Source: Mustelus asterias (taxonomy: Eukaryota). From it: a stretch of 64,000 nucleotides of DNA. Positions 37,701 through 50,200 of this stretch are shown in pieces. Within the stretch, counting starts at the first letter, position 1; each line of letters opens with the position of its first letter. The stretch spans positions 80,476,001 to 80,540,000 of the forward strand of contig NC_135816.1 of the NCBI RefSeq assembly GCF_964213995.1, read 5' to 3'. The notes below the pieces were generated by a model. The model was not told where the DNA came from, did not search any database, and saw nothing but the letters and a program-made list of their open reading frames with translations. The translations under genes were made by a program, and so were the position numbers.

Positions 37701-38963
37701 TATGTTGCAATGGATGATGGAGCAGGCTTGAAGGGTTGAATGACTGGCTCCTGTTCCTATTTCTCATGGTCTTGTGGTCAGACTATTCCAGATTGAGAAG
37801 AGGAGGAACTGATTTCTCACAGGGTTTTGAAGATTTGGAATTCTCTCCCCTCGGGAGCTCGGGTTTCTCTCTCGATGAGGATAATCAAGACCAAGATGGA
37901 GAGATGTTTTGACAGAAGTCAGATTGAGGGATTTGGGAATCGGGTGGGATGATGGAGTTGATGTAGCTGATCAGACAGGATCTTATTGAATGGTGGAACA
38001 GGCTCAAGGAGCTGAATGACCTCTTACTCCTATCTTTCAGTGAGCAGTGAAGCTCAGTCATCCAATAGAATCTCACTTACCGTACACATCCAGTTTAACT
38101 CTCTCTGTATTTTCCACTTCTGCATTTCCGGTTACAGTCACCTCATACTCATAATCCCCGGTGTCCGCTCTCTGTAAGTCACTGATTTGCAGGCTGAAGT
38201 TCCCAGGATGAAGTTTTATCCGTTTCTTGTAATCCTCAGCACCAAAATATTGAACATGGTTCTCTATGTATCTTGCTACTCTGAGTCTGGGTGAAGATCG
38301 TTTCCAGAAAACCTCGTCAATCTTCAATCCATGTGGATTCTCCAGAGACAGGTAGACTGACTGACCCAGGGAGCCATTCACAGGGAGACGGGCAGCCTGA
38401 TTCTGAACTGAAGTTTAACAAGAGGAAACAGTCAGTGAGTGCAGAACGAGACCAGCTCAGTGACTGGAGGATATTTCAATTCAGAGCACAACACAGTACA
38501 GGAAGAGGCCATTCCACACATCGTGCCCATACTAGTTCTATGACAGTGATCTTATTAATCTCATTCCCTTCTACTTCTTCCATCTCACTGCAAATTTACC
38601 CCCTTCAAAGTATTTCTCCAATTCCCCCCTTTTTGCAAGTTGCTATTGAATCTGCTTCCACTTTTGAACGCCTCAATTCAATCTTCCCTTAACCTTCTGT
38701 GCTCTAAGGAGAACAATCCCAGTTTCTCCCAGTCTCTCTGCGTTGACTGAAGCCCCTGATTTCCTGGACCTGTTCCAGTAAATTTTCAACATCCCCTCCG
38801 AGGCCTTGAGAGTGTTCCAAGGAGAATTTGGACATCAAAATCCCAAATGAGGAAGCAAAACAGAACTGAGAGAGACAGAGAGAACCACAGACATTGAATA
38901 AAACTCACAGATTGATACGGAGAGAGCCAGCGAACAGCAGATTAACCATTTCCCGAACTCCAT
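34596..38963 (-). CDS. CD2/SLAM-family Ig receptor, copy 2 (exons 38963-38909, 38407-38081, 36445-36161, 34705-34596; ~258 aa)
   Basis: Same exon structure, splice sites intact, frame open; 6-nt in-frame duplication (YEYE) in V exon. Confidence 0.88.
35196..36043 (+). mobile_element. Penelope-like element in intron 3 of copy 2
   Basis: GIY-YIG ORF 35333..35728. Confidence 0.9.
35936..35974 (+). ncRNA. Minimal hammerhead ribozyme motif
   Basis: Identical to 19164-19202. Confidence 0.75.
36161..36445 (-). CDS. Copy 2 exon 3, IgC2 domain
   Basis: 285 nt, AG/GT intact, overlaps ORF 36069..36440. Confidence 0.92.
38081..38407 (-). CDS. Copy 2 exon 2, IgV domain
   Basis: 327 nt, AG/GT intact, overlaps ORF 38073..38381. 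Confidence 0.92.
38909..38963 (-). CDS. Copy 2 exon 1, signal peptide
   Basis: MEFGKWLICCSLALSVSI+T, donor gtgagt. Confidence 0.85.
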
Positions 38964-40924
38964 CTTCCTTCAGTAATAGAAGTGAGGGGTGGCTCTGAGA
39001 GATTGGAGACAATCTTGGGGGAAGGGGGGGTTTTGGTGGTGACGTTGGGGCAGGAGAGACAGATCAGAACCCAACAGCCCAGTCACCACCTTCCCTTTAC
39101 TCCCTGCTGGACTGCTAACAGTGAGGTAGATAGTTGGAGTGGGATTTGGTTGGATGGTGGGCTCGGGGAGGCTGCACTCTGATCTGGCAGAGTCTCACTA
39201 TCCAGTCAGTATTGAAGAGCAGTCCGGTCAGTTGATGTGTGTAAAGCAGACGATAGAATAGGCGAGGAGAGGAAGCCAGGCTGGGAGGAAGTTATTCTGA
39301 AATTAGAGAGAGGCACATACTGGTCACAGTTGTTGAGTCAGAAAGTGCGTGGAGCTGGACCACACCACTTTCCAGCTTTGCCTGGGGGGAGGGGGGGAGC
39401 TCCATCTGCAAACTATCAGCTCCTGAGACTCCAGCCTTTTATCTAGGCCGACCCTCAGACTGCCATGTGGGGATTGGGCATGCATGAGGTGAGTCCGTGT
39501 ACCAATCTTCAGAAGACAGTGCAGAGGGGGTAGCAAGAGTTGTACACGGGGAGTTTGGGAACAGGATTCAGGGGGTTTGGAGTGAGGGCAGGGTAAGGGG
39601 GTTGTCATCCTGGTTTATGGCTGTGTAAGGGTGAGGGTTAAGGGTCAGCGATCAGGGCTGTTTGTCAAGGTTTTTAAATGAGGGGTTTTGGGGTCAGGTT
39701 TCGAGGCTCAGAGACTCCTCAGTCTGGGAGCATGGTGTGACATCAGTCTGGGGTCAGGGTGTATGGACAAGGGTCAGAGATTAAAGTCACAATGTGCGTC
39801 TTGGGGCCAGAGGGTGCGTTTGCAGTGTGCAGTCAGGGTTAGAGTTCACTGACATGTGCAGTAAGGGGTCAGAGATCACTGACCGAGTGCACAGTCAGGG
39901 GTCAGAGTTCACTCACCATGTGCAGTCAGGGGTAAGAGTTCACCGACAGTGTTTGCAGTCTGGGGTGAGGATTAGCTGCCAGGTTGTGCTGCCAGAGGTC
40001 ACTGCCAGTGGGTACAGTCAAACCCCAGAGCTTTGGGTCAGGATTCATGGGTCAGATATGATTTATACCCTCCTGTCTTGAGTGGTAACCTCTGGTGTTG
40101 TTTTGGATCAAATGCTGTTTGAACAGCCAGCGTTGGGGCAGAGGGTGTAGGTCACATGTGGCAAGGCAGAGTTCACTGATTGGAGGGTGCGTGATGAGAG
40201 CTGGGAGGGATCAAGGGGTCCAGCCAGCCTGAGGAAGATGGGGTGGGCCTGAGTGATAGGGAGTGAGGCGAGAGGGATCAGGGCTTTTGGATGTGGAGGC
40301 CAGATAGGAAGAAGAGATGGAGGAGCCTCTGAGAGAGCAAGGGGCTGGAGGATGGGCAAGGCAAAAGAAATTGAGGAGGAGCTGGTGATGAGGGGGAAGA
40401 GAAATAATCAACTACAACCCTCCCTATCTCTGTAACCTCCTCCAGCCCCTACAACCCTCCCTATCTCTGTAACGTCCTCCAGCCCCTCCAACCCTCCCTA
40501 TCTCTGTAACATCCTCCAACCCCTACAACCCTCCCTATCTCTGTAACATCCTCCAACCCCTACAATCCTCCCTATCTCTGTAACGTCCTCCAGCCCCAAC
40601 AACCCTCCCTATCTCTGTAACCTCCCCCAGCCCCTACAACCCTCCCTATCTCTGTAACCTCCTCCAGCCCCAACAACCCTCCCTATCTCTGTAACCTCCT
40701 CCAGCCCCAACAACCCTCCCTATCTCTGTAACCTCCTCCAGCCCCTACAACCCTCCCTATCTCTGTAACCTCCTCCAGCCCCAACAACCCTCTCTATCTC
40801 TGTAACCTCCTCCAATTCCAGCCTCCTGAGCATTGCCCGATTCCCATCGGTCCACCATGAGCAGACGTGCCTTCAGCTGCCTGGGGGCTGAAACTCTGGA
40901 ATTCCCTTCCTAAACCTCACCAAC

Positions 40925-41290
40925 TGTCACTCTCTCTTTCCCTCTGTCTTTCTCTCTCTGTCTGTCTGTCTCTCTCTGTCAGTGTCACTGTCCTGTCTCT
41001 CTGTCTCTCTGTCTGTCTCAGTGTCTGTCAGTGTCACTGTCCTGTCTCTCTCTGTCTCTCTGTCTATCTCACTCTCTGTCAGTGTCACTGTCCTGTCTCT
41101 CTGTCTCTCTGTCTGTCTCACTCTCTGTCAGCGTCACTGTCCTGTCTCTCTGTCTCTCTGTCTGTCTCACTCTCTGTCAGTGTCACTGTCTGTCTCTCTG
41201 TCCGCCTCGCTCTCTGTCAGTGTCACTGTCCTGTCTCTCTGTCTGTCTCACTCTCTGTCAGTGTCACTGTCCTGTCTCTCTGTCTCTCTG
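40925..41290. repeat. CT-rich (tctctgtcagtgtcactgtcctg)n repeat at unit junction; shorter at 24135-24303 and 60270-60345
   Basis: Direct reading. Confidence 0.85.
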
Positions 41291-44280
41291 CCCTATGGGG
41301 TCGGTGCTGTCCTGTCTCACATTAGCTGACTGGGGAGGGAAGATCCATAGCATTCGCTTCTAGATCATTGACAAAGGCTAAGGAAAAGTATACTCAGGTG
41401 AATAAAGAAGGCTTGGACATCGAAATTGCTGTTAAGAGATTTTATCATGTCCTTTATGGTAGGCATTTCATGCTTCTAACAGACTATTGGCCCTTAATAT
41501 CCATCTTAAGTCTGTTCACTGGGATACTATCCATGACGGCAGCTCGATTGCTAAGCTCGGCGTTGGTGCTGTCAGCCTACTCGTATGAGATCCGGTACCG
41601 TCAGTCAGAGAAACACGGCAATGCGGATGCTCAGTCAAGGCTGCCTTTTCCTGGAGATAAAGATGCTCCCAGCTGGAATCCGAAGATAACATACTTCACA
41701 CAGGAGGATAAAGTTCCGCTCACTGCTCACCAGGTGCGGAATGCTATCCAGAATGATCCAATTATGAATCAAGTATTGAATGTGGTCCAGAGAGGAAGCT
41801 CAAGTTGCAGGAACCATCTGGAGCTTTGGTCGTATATGTCCCGAAAATGGGAGTTGCCCATATTGGATGGATGTTTGTTATGGGGCATGAGAGTCGTCAT
41901 TCTCCCATCATTAAGAGGAAAGGTGCTGGAACAGATACACCGAGGGCACCCGGGGGTAATGTGAATTTGATGAACAAGTTGAAGAAAAAGTGGGATTGTT
42001 TGGATCCTGAGCTTTGGTAGGGGAGGCCTTATCGCCCCTTCATCCGTGGGAATGGCCACAATCGCCATGACAGCGAATCCACATTGACTTTGCCGGGCCA
42101 GCAGAAGGGCAGATGCTTTTAGTGGTAATAGATGCCCACTCCAGGTTGCCGGGGGTTGTGGCTATGAAGTCCACGTCTGCGGAGTGAACACTAGACAAAT
42201 TGATGAAGTATTTCCCCGGTTTGGTAATGGGGAACAAGTGGTCAGTGACAATGGATCCCAGTTTGTGGCACAGGATTTGACGGAGTACATGGTGCACCAT
42301 GAAATCAGACATCTGATGTCGGCACCATATCACCTGGCGATGAATGGTCTGGTGGGTGATTTGTTTAGACTCTGAAACAGTCTCTGAAGTTGTCACAGGA
42401 AGGGGAGGGGTCGCTAGGGCAGAGGATAAATAAATTTCTTAGCACAACACGGCACACGCAACAACTCAGTGCTCACCAGCTTTGTTGATGTTCAACAGAA
42501 AAATAATCACCATGTTCAACCTGCTGTGGCCGGAGGAGACATAAGACTTGGTTAAACAGAACCAAGAGGAACAGATGACCAGAACGCGTGAAGTCGAGGA
42601 CTTTCCAGAGCGAGGAATTATACTTCTGAAGAGAAGTGGACACTGGCTAGCATTGTTACAGGTCCTTTGTCGTACACAGTACAGACCAGGATGAATTGGT
42701 TTGAGGAGGATATGCGGACCTGTTAGTCACAGCACTGCACCAGAGGTGGGAAGTCCCACAAATGATGGAACCGTCCACGTTGGCCCCAGCGTGTTTGCCC
42801 AGGCCGAGTATTTCAGAGTCAGAGTTGATTCGCCCAAGGGAGGACGCAGCATCTGTGGCACCAGCCACCTGGGGAACGTCAGATAGGGGACCCTAATGCT
42901 GAACAGCAAGATCTTCCAGAATCCCGGGAGACTACTCTGGAAGAGGTTCAGGAAGCAAAGAAACAACCTCTACGAAACTGCCACCCCCCTGATAAACTCA
43001 TTGGGTGTGATTCTCCCATTCCATTCCGCTAATTTTTCTGCACAGCAGGCTGGGAGAATCGTGCGTTGGCCGATTCGCGGGATTCCTGTGAGCAGTCGTG
43101 CCACATTTGCGTCTCCCAGGTCCGTATTTCTGGCGGTGTCGCACTGCACTGGAAATTGTTCGGGAGAAAGGGCGAGCAGTATTTTACTACTTAAATGCTA
43201 TTAGCGGGCCCGGGACTGAATTCTCTTAGCCCGCTCGCATCTCCCACCCCACCAGGTGTATTTCACTCCAGTGGGGTTCAGACTAGCTCCCTACTTTTGG
43301 GAGTTAACGGCCTGAATCTGCTGGAGTGAAGGGGGGGCAATCGGGTCCCCCCTGGGAGTTGCGCTAAGGAGAGGGTGGTGCCCCCTAGGCATGGTCCCTG
43401 GCAGTACCCAAGGGGCAAAGTGCACATGCCTGGGGGCACTTGGCACTGCCCATCGGGCATGCAGTGCCAAGTAGACAGAGTCCATTGGGGGTCTTGCCTT
43501 CTGTGGTGGGACCTGCTGGGATGGGACCTCGGGAGTGACCTGTGGGGTTGGGGGGGTCCCGCTGCCACTCTGCATAGGGATCATTGGGGGCTGGAGGGCA
43601 GTCAGCGATCGGGGCGGTCTGGGATGGGGCGGTCAGCTGGGGGGGACGGAGTCTGCCAAGGGGGCCTGCCATGGGGAGGGGGGGGGTGGTTTGGTGGGGT
43701 TCTGCCTGTGGGAGGGTGGGGGAATCGCCACTGCTGGGGGCAAGGGGACTGGAGATCGGGGCGCTCCAGGCCGGGGGGGGGGGGGGGGGGTCGGGGCTGA
43801 GCCTGGGAATGTTCAGGTGGGCGGGGGGGGCGAAATTGGGCCATGCGGGGTTTGGGGTGCAGCATTGTGGGGGTCCCGGGCTGGCCAGCGATCGAGCTAG
43901 CCAGCATACCAGAGGCTGACAGTTTGGGGCCTCTGCACATGCTCAGAGGCCTGGTGATTTAAGCACCGCTCTAGATTGCAACACTGTACAAATAGGACTC
44001 ATTGTGTGTAAACATGTTCTTCCTTGTTTGTATGTTTTCCACCTTTGCTTTCAGTTGGGAAATTTTGGATTTACGGGGGAGGTGATAATATGTATCTTTA
44101 TATATATATAGAATGTTGAGGTTTGGGGTACTTTCAGAGTACAGGTCAGATGACCCCTGGGTGACCCGTGGGCTGTTAGCTCCACCCTGTGGTCAGCCTT
44201 AGACCTGACTGCGAAAGAGTGCATACCTTCAATAAACAACTCCCAGTATTGAAGTATTCAAGCATACCTTGTGATTCCTA
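41290..44280 (+). mobile_element. Gypsy remnant, unit 3
   Basis: ORFs 41368..41964 and 42184..42375. Confidence 0.85.
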
Positions 44281-47200
44281 ATCCCTCTTAGTCCACAGGG
44301 ACATGCAGTGAATTCCTTAGCAAAGGCACTGCCTCGTTCATGATGTCTGGGTTAGAGCAACACATTGGACACTTCCTCGGGCGGACTACTTTTAATCCAC
44401 CTCTTTTGCTTCATGGTGCTGCCTGCTGAGGCCTTACTCTGCTGGCTGGGGTGGGCAGGGCCAGTGAATCGGGTTCTGAGGTCAGTGCCTCAGATAGGGT
44501 ATTGCTCAGAGCTGGCTCAGCGTCAGGACCTGGATCTGTGACTGGGACTGGCCCAGGATCAGGATCGGGAACAGTGACTGGGACTGGCACTGGATCAGGA
44601 TCGGGAACAGTGACTGGGACTGGCACTGGATCAGCAGGGCCATGGGATTAGGATTGGGGTTTGCTTCTTCCAATCCCTCGAAAACAGATGGAACTGGTGG
44701 CTGTTGTCCTGGGCGTCGAGTGCCTTTAATTGGTTCACATAATATCATCCAGTCACCAGGCGTCCAGTAACATTTTATGCACTGACAGTGTTGCTTTATC
44801 CACAACAGAATGGGGACCTGAATCCCTCGGGGACAGGAATGTTCTGGCTGAAAGACCGGCAGCGTTACCTGCTGTCCTACTTCATATTCTACCCGGCTCA
44901 CCTTCCCTTTAAAGACAGCCTTACTCTGCTTCTTTCTTTTTGCTGTTTTGATGGCTGCTGCCTTCCGTGCAGCCTGTATATTATCCAGTCGGGTTCTTAT
45001 AGTTTTCTCATGAATAAAGCTGTGACCTCGGGCTCTGACAAGTTGAATCTTGGTAGGGGTTCCATACCTCTCATGGGGCTTCCAGTCTTTAAGGAATGGG
45101 GAATGAATCCAGTTGAACAAGAGGGTCAGTTCCATCGGATCATGAGACCAAAGGAAAGGACTATTCCAGGTCGAGTTATTTTGCTGGATGACCTTGCGCT
45201 GCATCTCTTTGAGGGTGCGGTCCATCCTCCCTACAATCCTACTGGATTGAGGATGGAAGGCGGTATGAAACCTTTGGCCGTACCAAATATATTCAGCACC
45301 GCCTGCATTACCTGGGCCGTATAACTGCCACATCCTCTGTCTATTGGTGTGCATCCTCTACCATTGAGGGTCCATCTACAAATAATTTTACACATTTCTC
45401 TGCTCCCCAGGTTCCCTTGGGTCTTCCCCTGTTTTGTTTTGGCACAGATTGTCCCTTGGGATCAGTTGTTTCCGCTACCTGACACTCATGGGGTTCCCCA
45501 CCGTAGCTGAAGCTGTCAGCCAGGAAGGTGGGCAACTTGGTACATTTTACCGTAATGTCGTGTGCCTGCGTTAGGGTCCAACCCATTCTGTAGTTTTGGC
45601 TGACTGTGCCATCTTTAATTTGGCCGTCCTGCAAAATGTGGATGAGAGTGTTGTAGAAAGATAGAAAAGAACAGGGCTACTATACGATTGCCAGACTGTT
45701 AGGGTTTTTGTCTAATCAACTTAGATGCAGAATTCACTTTAAATCAATGGGGAGTAAGTTTGTTAGTAATTGTAATGAGGTATTTTAAATACTTTGTAGT
45801 TTTGAAGGACATGTAATACCTTAAATTAGTCCATACATATAAATATATCTTCTGTACATTTTTAGAAGTTAAACAAAGAAACTTTGATGCACAGTTACAG
45901 AGTGCCCCTTTGATACCAAACACATGCCAGATACAGTCCTTTAAAACACCCAACTGTTGGAATCACAGGGCCATAAAGGAGGCTTCATTGCCTCACCTGA
46001 CACCTTATTAGAAACAACTGATACAAGAGTGAGTTTTAATGAAGCTGCTTCACAGTTTCTAATCAAAACAGAGTCAGAAAGATATTAATGTCTTAGCTAA
46101 CGAACGAGTTATGATCGGGGACTTAGTGGGAACTGACAAGAATTAATGGTAACATGATGACACCCCTCAAAATTGTAGGTTGTGATGAAAAGCTCAGTCA
46201 TTGAATTGATAAGCAATATATACGTGTGTTTCATTACGTTGGCAATAAACAAACTTATCAGGGCTATAATTGGGAAATATCCTGAAGGCAAATTGTGTTG
46301 ACCACATCCCTTAGAGATTCAGTTAACTTCACTGACAAGGCCATAAAATACTAATGGCTTTTGTAGGTCCCCTTTATCAGTTAAAGGATGCCCATGTGAG
46401 ACTGTTTTGGTGAAGATGCTTTGTGAGGCTGCTATCAAAATACAGACATGATGTCTGACTGAGAGACTGGAGGACAGGCTGAGGGATGATATATTGGGGT
46501 ATCCCACGAGGTATCGTGATCTCATCGATCAGGGTGGTTCAGTATTGTTTCTATTGGATCAATACGTAAAGTATGTCATTTGTAGCACTTTTGATTGGAT
46601 TGTGCCCAACTAACTGTGAGCTGCAGAATTGTATAAACCAGGATGATTTTCTTTGTCTGACCCATTGTGTCAAGACCGCTCCCCTTGCCAGCAAGTAAAT
46701 AAAGACAATCTGTTGGTTAAGTGTCTTGTGTTAATGAGTGTTTGTATTAAAGTCAAACTTGGAAGTTGAGATTTCGACAGTATGTTCTGTTAGGATGGTT
46801 CAGGGAATCAGGCCAATGATATAAGGTGAAGTGGTTCACCACCCAGAACACAGCTAACAATTGCTCCTCACATACAGAGATGCTCTGTTTTACTGGAGAA
46901 AGGAGCTGGGAAACATAGGCTACCACTCTGAGTCAGTAATGGAGCGCTGGGAGAATGGTGCAAGTGTGGCATCCGTGGCTGCAACTTCCAAGGCAAAGGG
47001 AAGCTATGGGTCGGGTGCTTGCAGTGCGGGCACAGGGAGACACGCGGCAGCAGGATGTCATTGCTATGATGGAAACCTGGCTAAAGGCTGGGTTAAATTG
47101 GCAGCTCAGTATCCCTGCTTATAGAGTCTTCAGACTCCCACTAGAGTAGGAGATAAAAAAGGGAGTAGCCCAAAGGTTAAATAGTCAATTCCAGTTAAGA

Positions 47201-50200
47201 GAAGGGATGACATATTAAACAGGTTAAAAAGTGAGGGTTTATGGGTTAAAAATGAAAAAAGGTCAAGCACAGTACTGGGAGTATACTGCAGATCCTCAAA
47301 TAGTGAAAGGAAGACAGTAGAACAAATATGTAGGCACATTTCTGCCTGTAATAACGAGGGCAATAACAGTAGGAGACTTTAACTATTCCAATATCAACTG
47401 GGTTTCAAACAATATAAGGGGTACAGAGGGAGAATAATTCATGCATTGTGTGCAGGAAATGTTTTTCAACCAACTAGCGACAAGCGCAATGAGAAGGGAT
47501 GCAATTCTAGACCTAGCCTTGGGGAATGAAGAAAGGCAAGTGGGTGAAGTGACAGTTGCCGACTATATCAGGGATAGTGATCACAATTCAGTTAGATTTA
47601 GCATTACCATGGAAAATGACAGAGATAAAGCTAGAATAAAAGTTTTGGGGGGGGAAGGAAAATTTTGTAGAATGGGAAGGGACTTGGCTGAGATATACTG
47701 GACAGCCCTGCTACAGGATAAATTAATCGAAAACCAGTGGGAAGCACTGAACAGCAAGATCCTAAATATACAAAGCAGACCTGGCCCTTCCAAAATTGAG
47801 AATGATGCTGCCAAATCTGCACCCATCGGTTGTCCAGAAGAATTCAGGGGAAGATCAAACAGAAAAAGAAAGTGTATGATAGGAACAAAGAACTAAGCAC
47901 TGCAGATAAATTAGATGAATATCGGAAGTGCAGGGTCGAAATAAAGAAGAAAATAAAGAAATCAAAGCGAGAGCATAAAAAAATTAGCAAGAAAATTTAA
48001 AGAAAACCCAAAAATGTTTTACCAAAATATTATTGGTCAAAGGTTAGCTAAGGGAAAAATGGGACCTATCAGAGATGAAGAAAGGAACTTGTGGATTGAT
48101 GCAGAATCTGTGAGAAGGGTTTTAAATGAATATTTTGTCTCCATGTTTACAAAGGAAAGGGATGATGCACATATAGCAGTCCAGGAGGAACACTGTGGGA
48201 TATTGGATGGAATAATCATAAAGAGAGAGGAAGAACTTGAAGGGTTGCAATCCTTGCAATCCTGGAAATTGATAAGTCACCAGGGCCAGATGGACTGTTT
48301 CCAAGGCTGCTGAAGGAGATCAGGAAGGAAATAGCAGATGCTCTGAAGATGATTTTCCAATCCTCACTAGATAGAAGGGAGGTACCAGAGGACTGGAGAA
48401 ATGCAAACATAGTTCCATTGTTTTAAACGGGATCGAAGAAAATGCCAAACAATTATATGCCAGTTAGTCTTACATTTGGTGGGCAAATTAGTAGATTCAA
48501 CCCTGAGAGATAGGATTAACTGTCATGGAGAAAGGCAAGAATTTGTCAGGGATGATCAGCATGGATTTGCTAAAGGAATAATAAAGGGTTTTTTTCTTGG
48601 AATAAAGAAGGCTGAGGGGTGACTTGATAAAGGTATAAAATTATGAGGAGAACAGATAGCGTGGACAGTATTTCCCTTGGTGGAGAATTCTAGAACCAGG
48701 AGACATTGATTCAAGATAAGTGGCAGTTGGTGTGGAGGGGACATGAGGAGGATTTTATTTTAAGCAAAGGGCAGTGGGTGTCCTGAATTTGCTGCCTGAA
48801 TTGGTGGTGGAGGCTGAGACCCTAAACTCTTTCAAAAAGTACCTGGATCTGCACCTTGAGTGCTGTAAGCTATAGGGCTATGACTTGGGTGCCAGAAGGT
48901 GGGACTGGAAAGGGCACCTGGGCTATCAGCAGACTGGCATGGACAAAATTGGCTGAATGACCTCCTTCTGTGCCGTAACTTTTCAATGGTTCTAAGTGCT
49001 GTCCTTGTCACATTATGGCTCTGGCCTCTTACAGAGCTGGGTGCCACCAAGTCTGAGTAGCATTCTTCTCACAAAGCACATTCACTGGAAGTGTAAGTAA
49101 CGGTTCATTCTGAAATAAGGTGGCCTTTAGCATCTGATCAGGTCAGTCTGGTTTTAATGGGAATTTGATAGCCCAAGGCTTGGCCGCATGAAGACTATTT
49201 GTTCCAGCTCTGCAGTTTGCAAATTGCTGAGTCCGGCTCAGTTTAAAATTGACTTCCTCATTTTGAGTTTTCATCCATGTGCATGAAGAAATATCAATAT
49301 TTGTGTAACAAACCTAGAGGTCATGTGATTCCTGAACACAATAAGGATCCTGTAAATGGACCTTGCTGTGGTTTCTCTTCAGATTGTATAAACTTTACTC
49401 TGTATCTAACCCCGTGCTGTACCTGTCCTGGGGGTGTTTGATGAGGACAGTGTAGAGGGAGCTTTACTCTGTATCTAACCCCGTGCTGTACCTGTCCTGG
49501 GGGTGTTTGATGAGGACAGTGTAGAGGGAGCTTTACCCTGTATCTAACCCCGTGCTGTACCTGTCCTGGGGGTGTTTGATGGGGACAGTGTAGAGGGAGC
49601 TTTACTCTGTATCTAACCCCGTGCTGTACCTGTCCTGGGGGTGTTTGATGAGGACAGTGTAGAGGGAGCTTTACTCTGTATCTATCCCCGTGCTGTACCT
49701 GTCGTGGGGGTGTTTGATGGGGACAGTGCAGAGGGAGCTTCACTCTATATTAACCCCATGCTGTACCTGTCCTGAGAGTGTTTGATGAGGACAGTGTAGA
49801 GGGAGCTTTACTCTGTATCTAACCTTGTGCAGTACCTGTCCTGGGAGTGTTTGACGGGGACAGTGTAAAGGGAGCTTTACTTTCTAACTACTCCATGCTG
49901 TACCTGTCCTGGAAATGATTGATGGGGACAGCGTAGAGGAAGTGTACTCTGTATCTGACCCTGTACTGTACCTGACCTGGGCGTGTTTGATGTGTACAGT
50001 GTAGAGGGAACTTTACTCTGTATTTAACGCCATGTTGTACCTACCCTGGGAGGATGGGGAACTGTAAATATCACTGACTAGGCAACAGCTGAAGTTTTAT
50101 GTATAGTTATGGTTAACACGTTACAGGAAGGACATAATTGCCCTGGAGCAAGTGCAAAGAAGATTCACAAAGATGTGGCCAGGGTTTGAATATTGTAGCT

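Larger units (their letters stand above)
24484..41469. repeat. Tandem segmental duplication unit 2 (~17.0 kb)
   Basis: Colinear with unit 1 apart from a ~1 kb CR1 insertion, a 118-bp Penelope insertion and a ~3.4 kb deletion. Confidence 0.95.
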
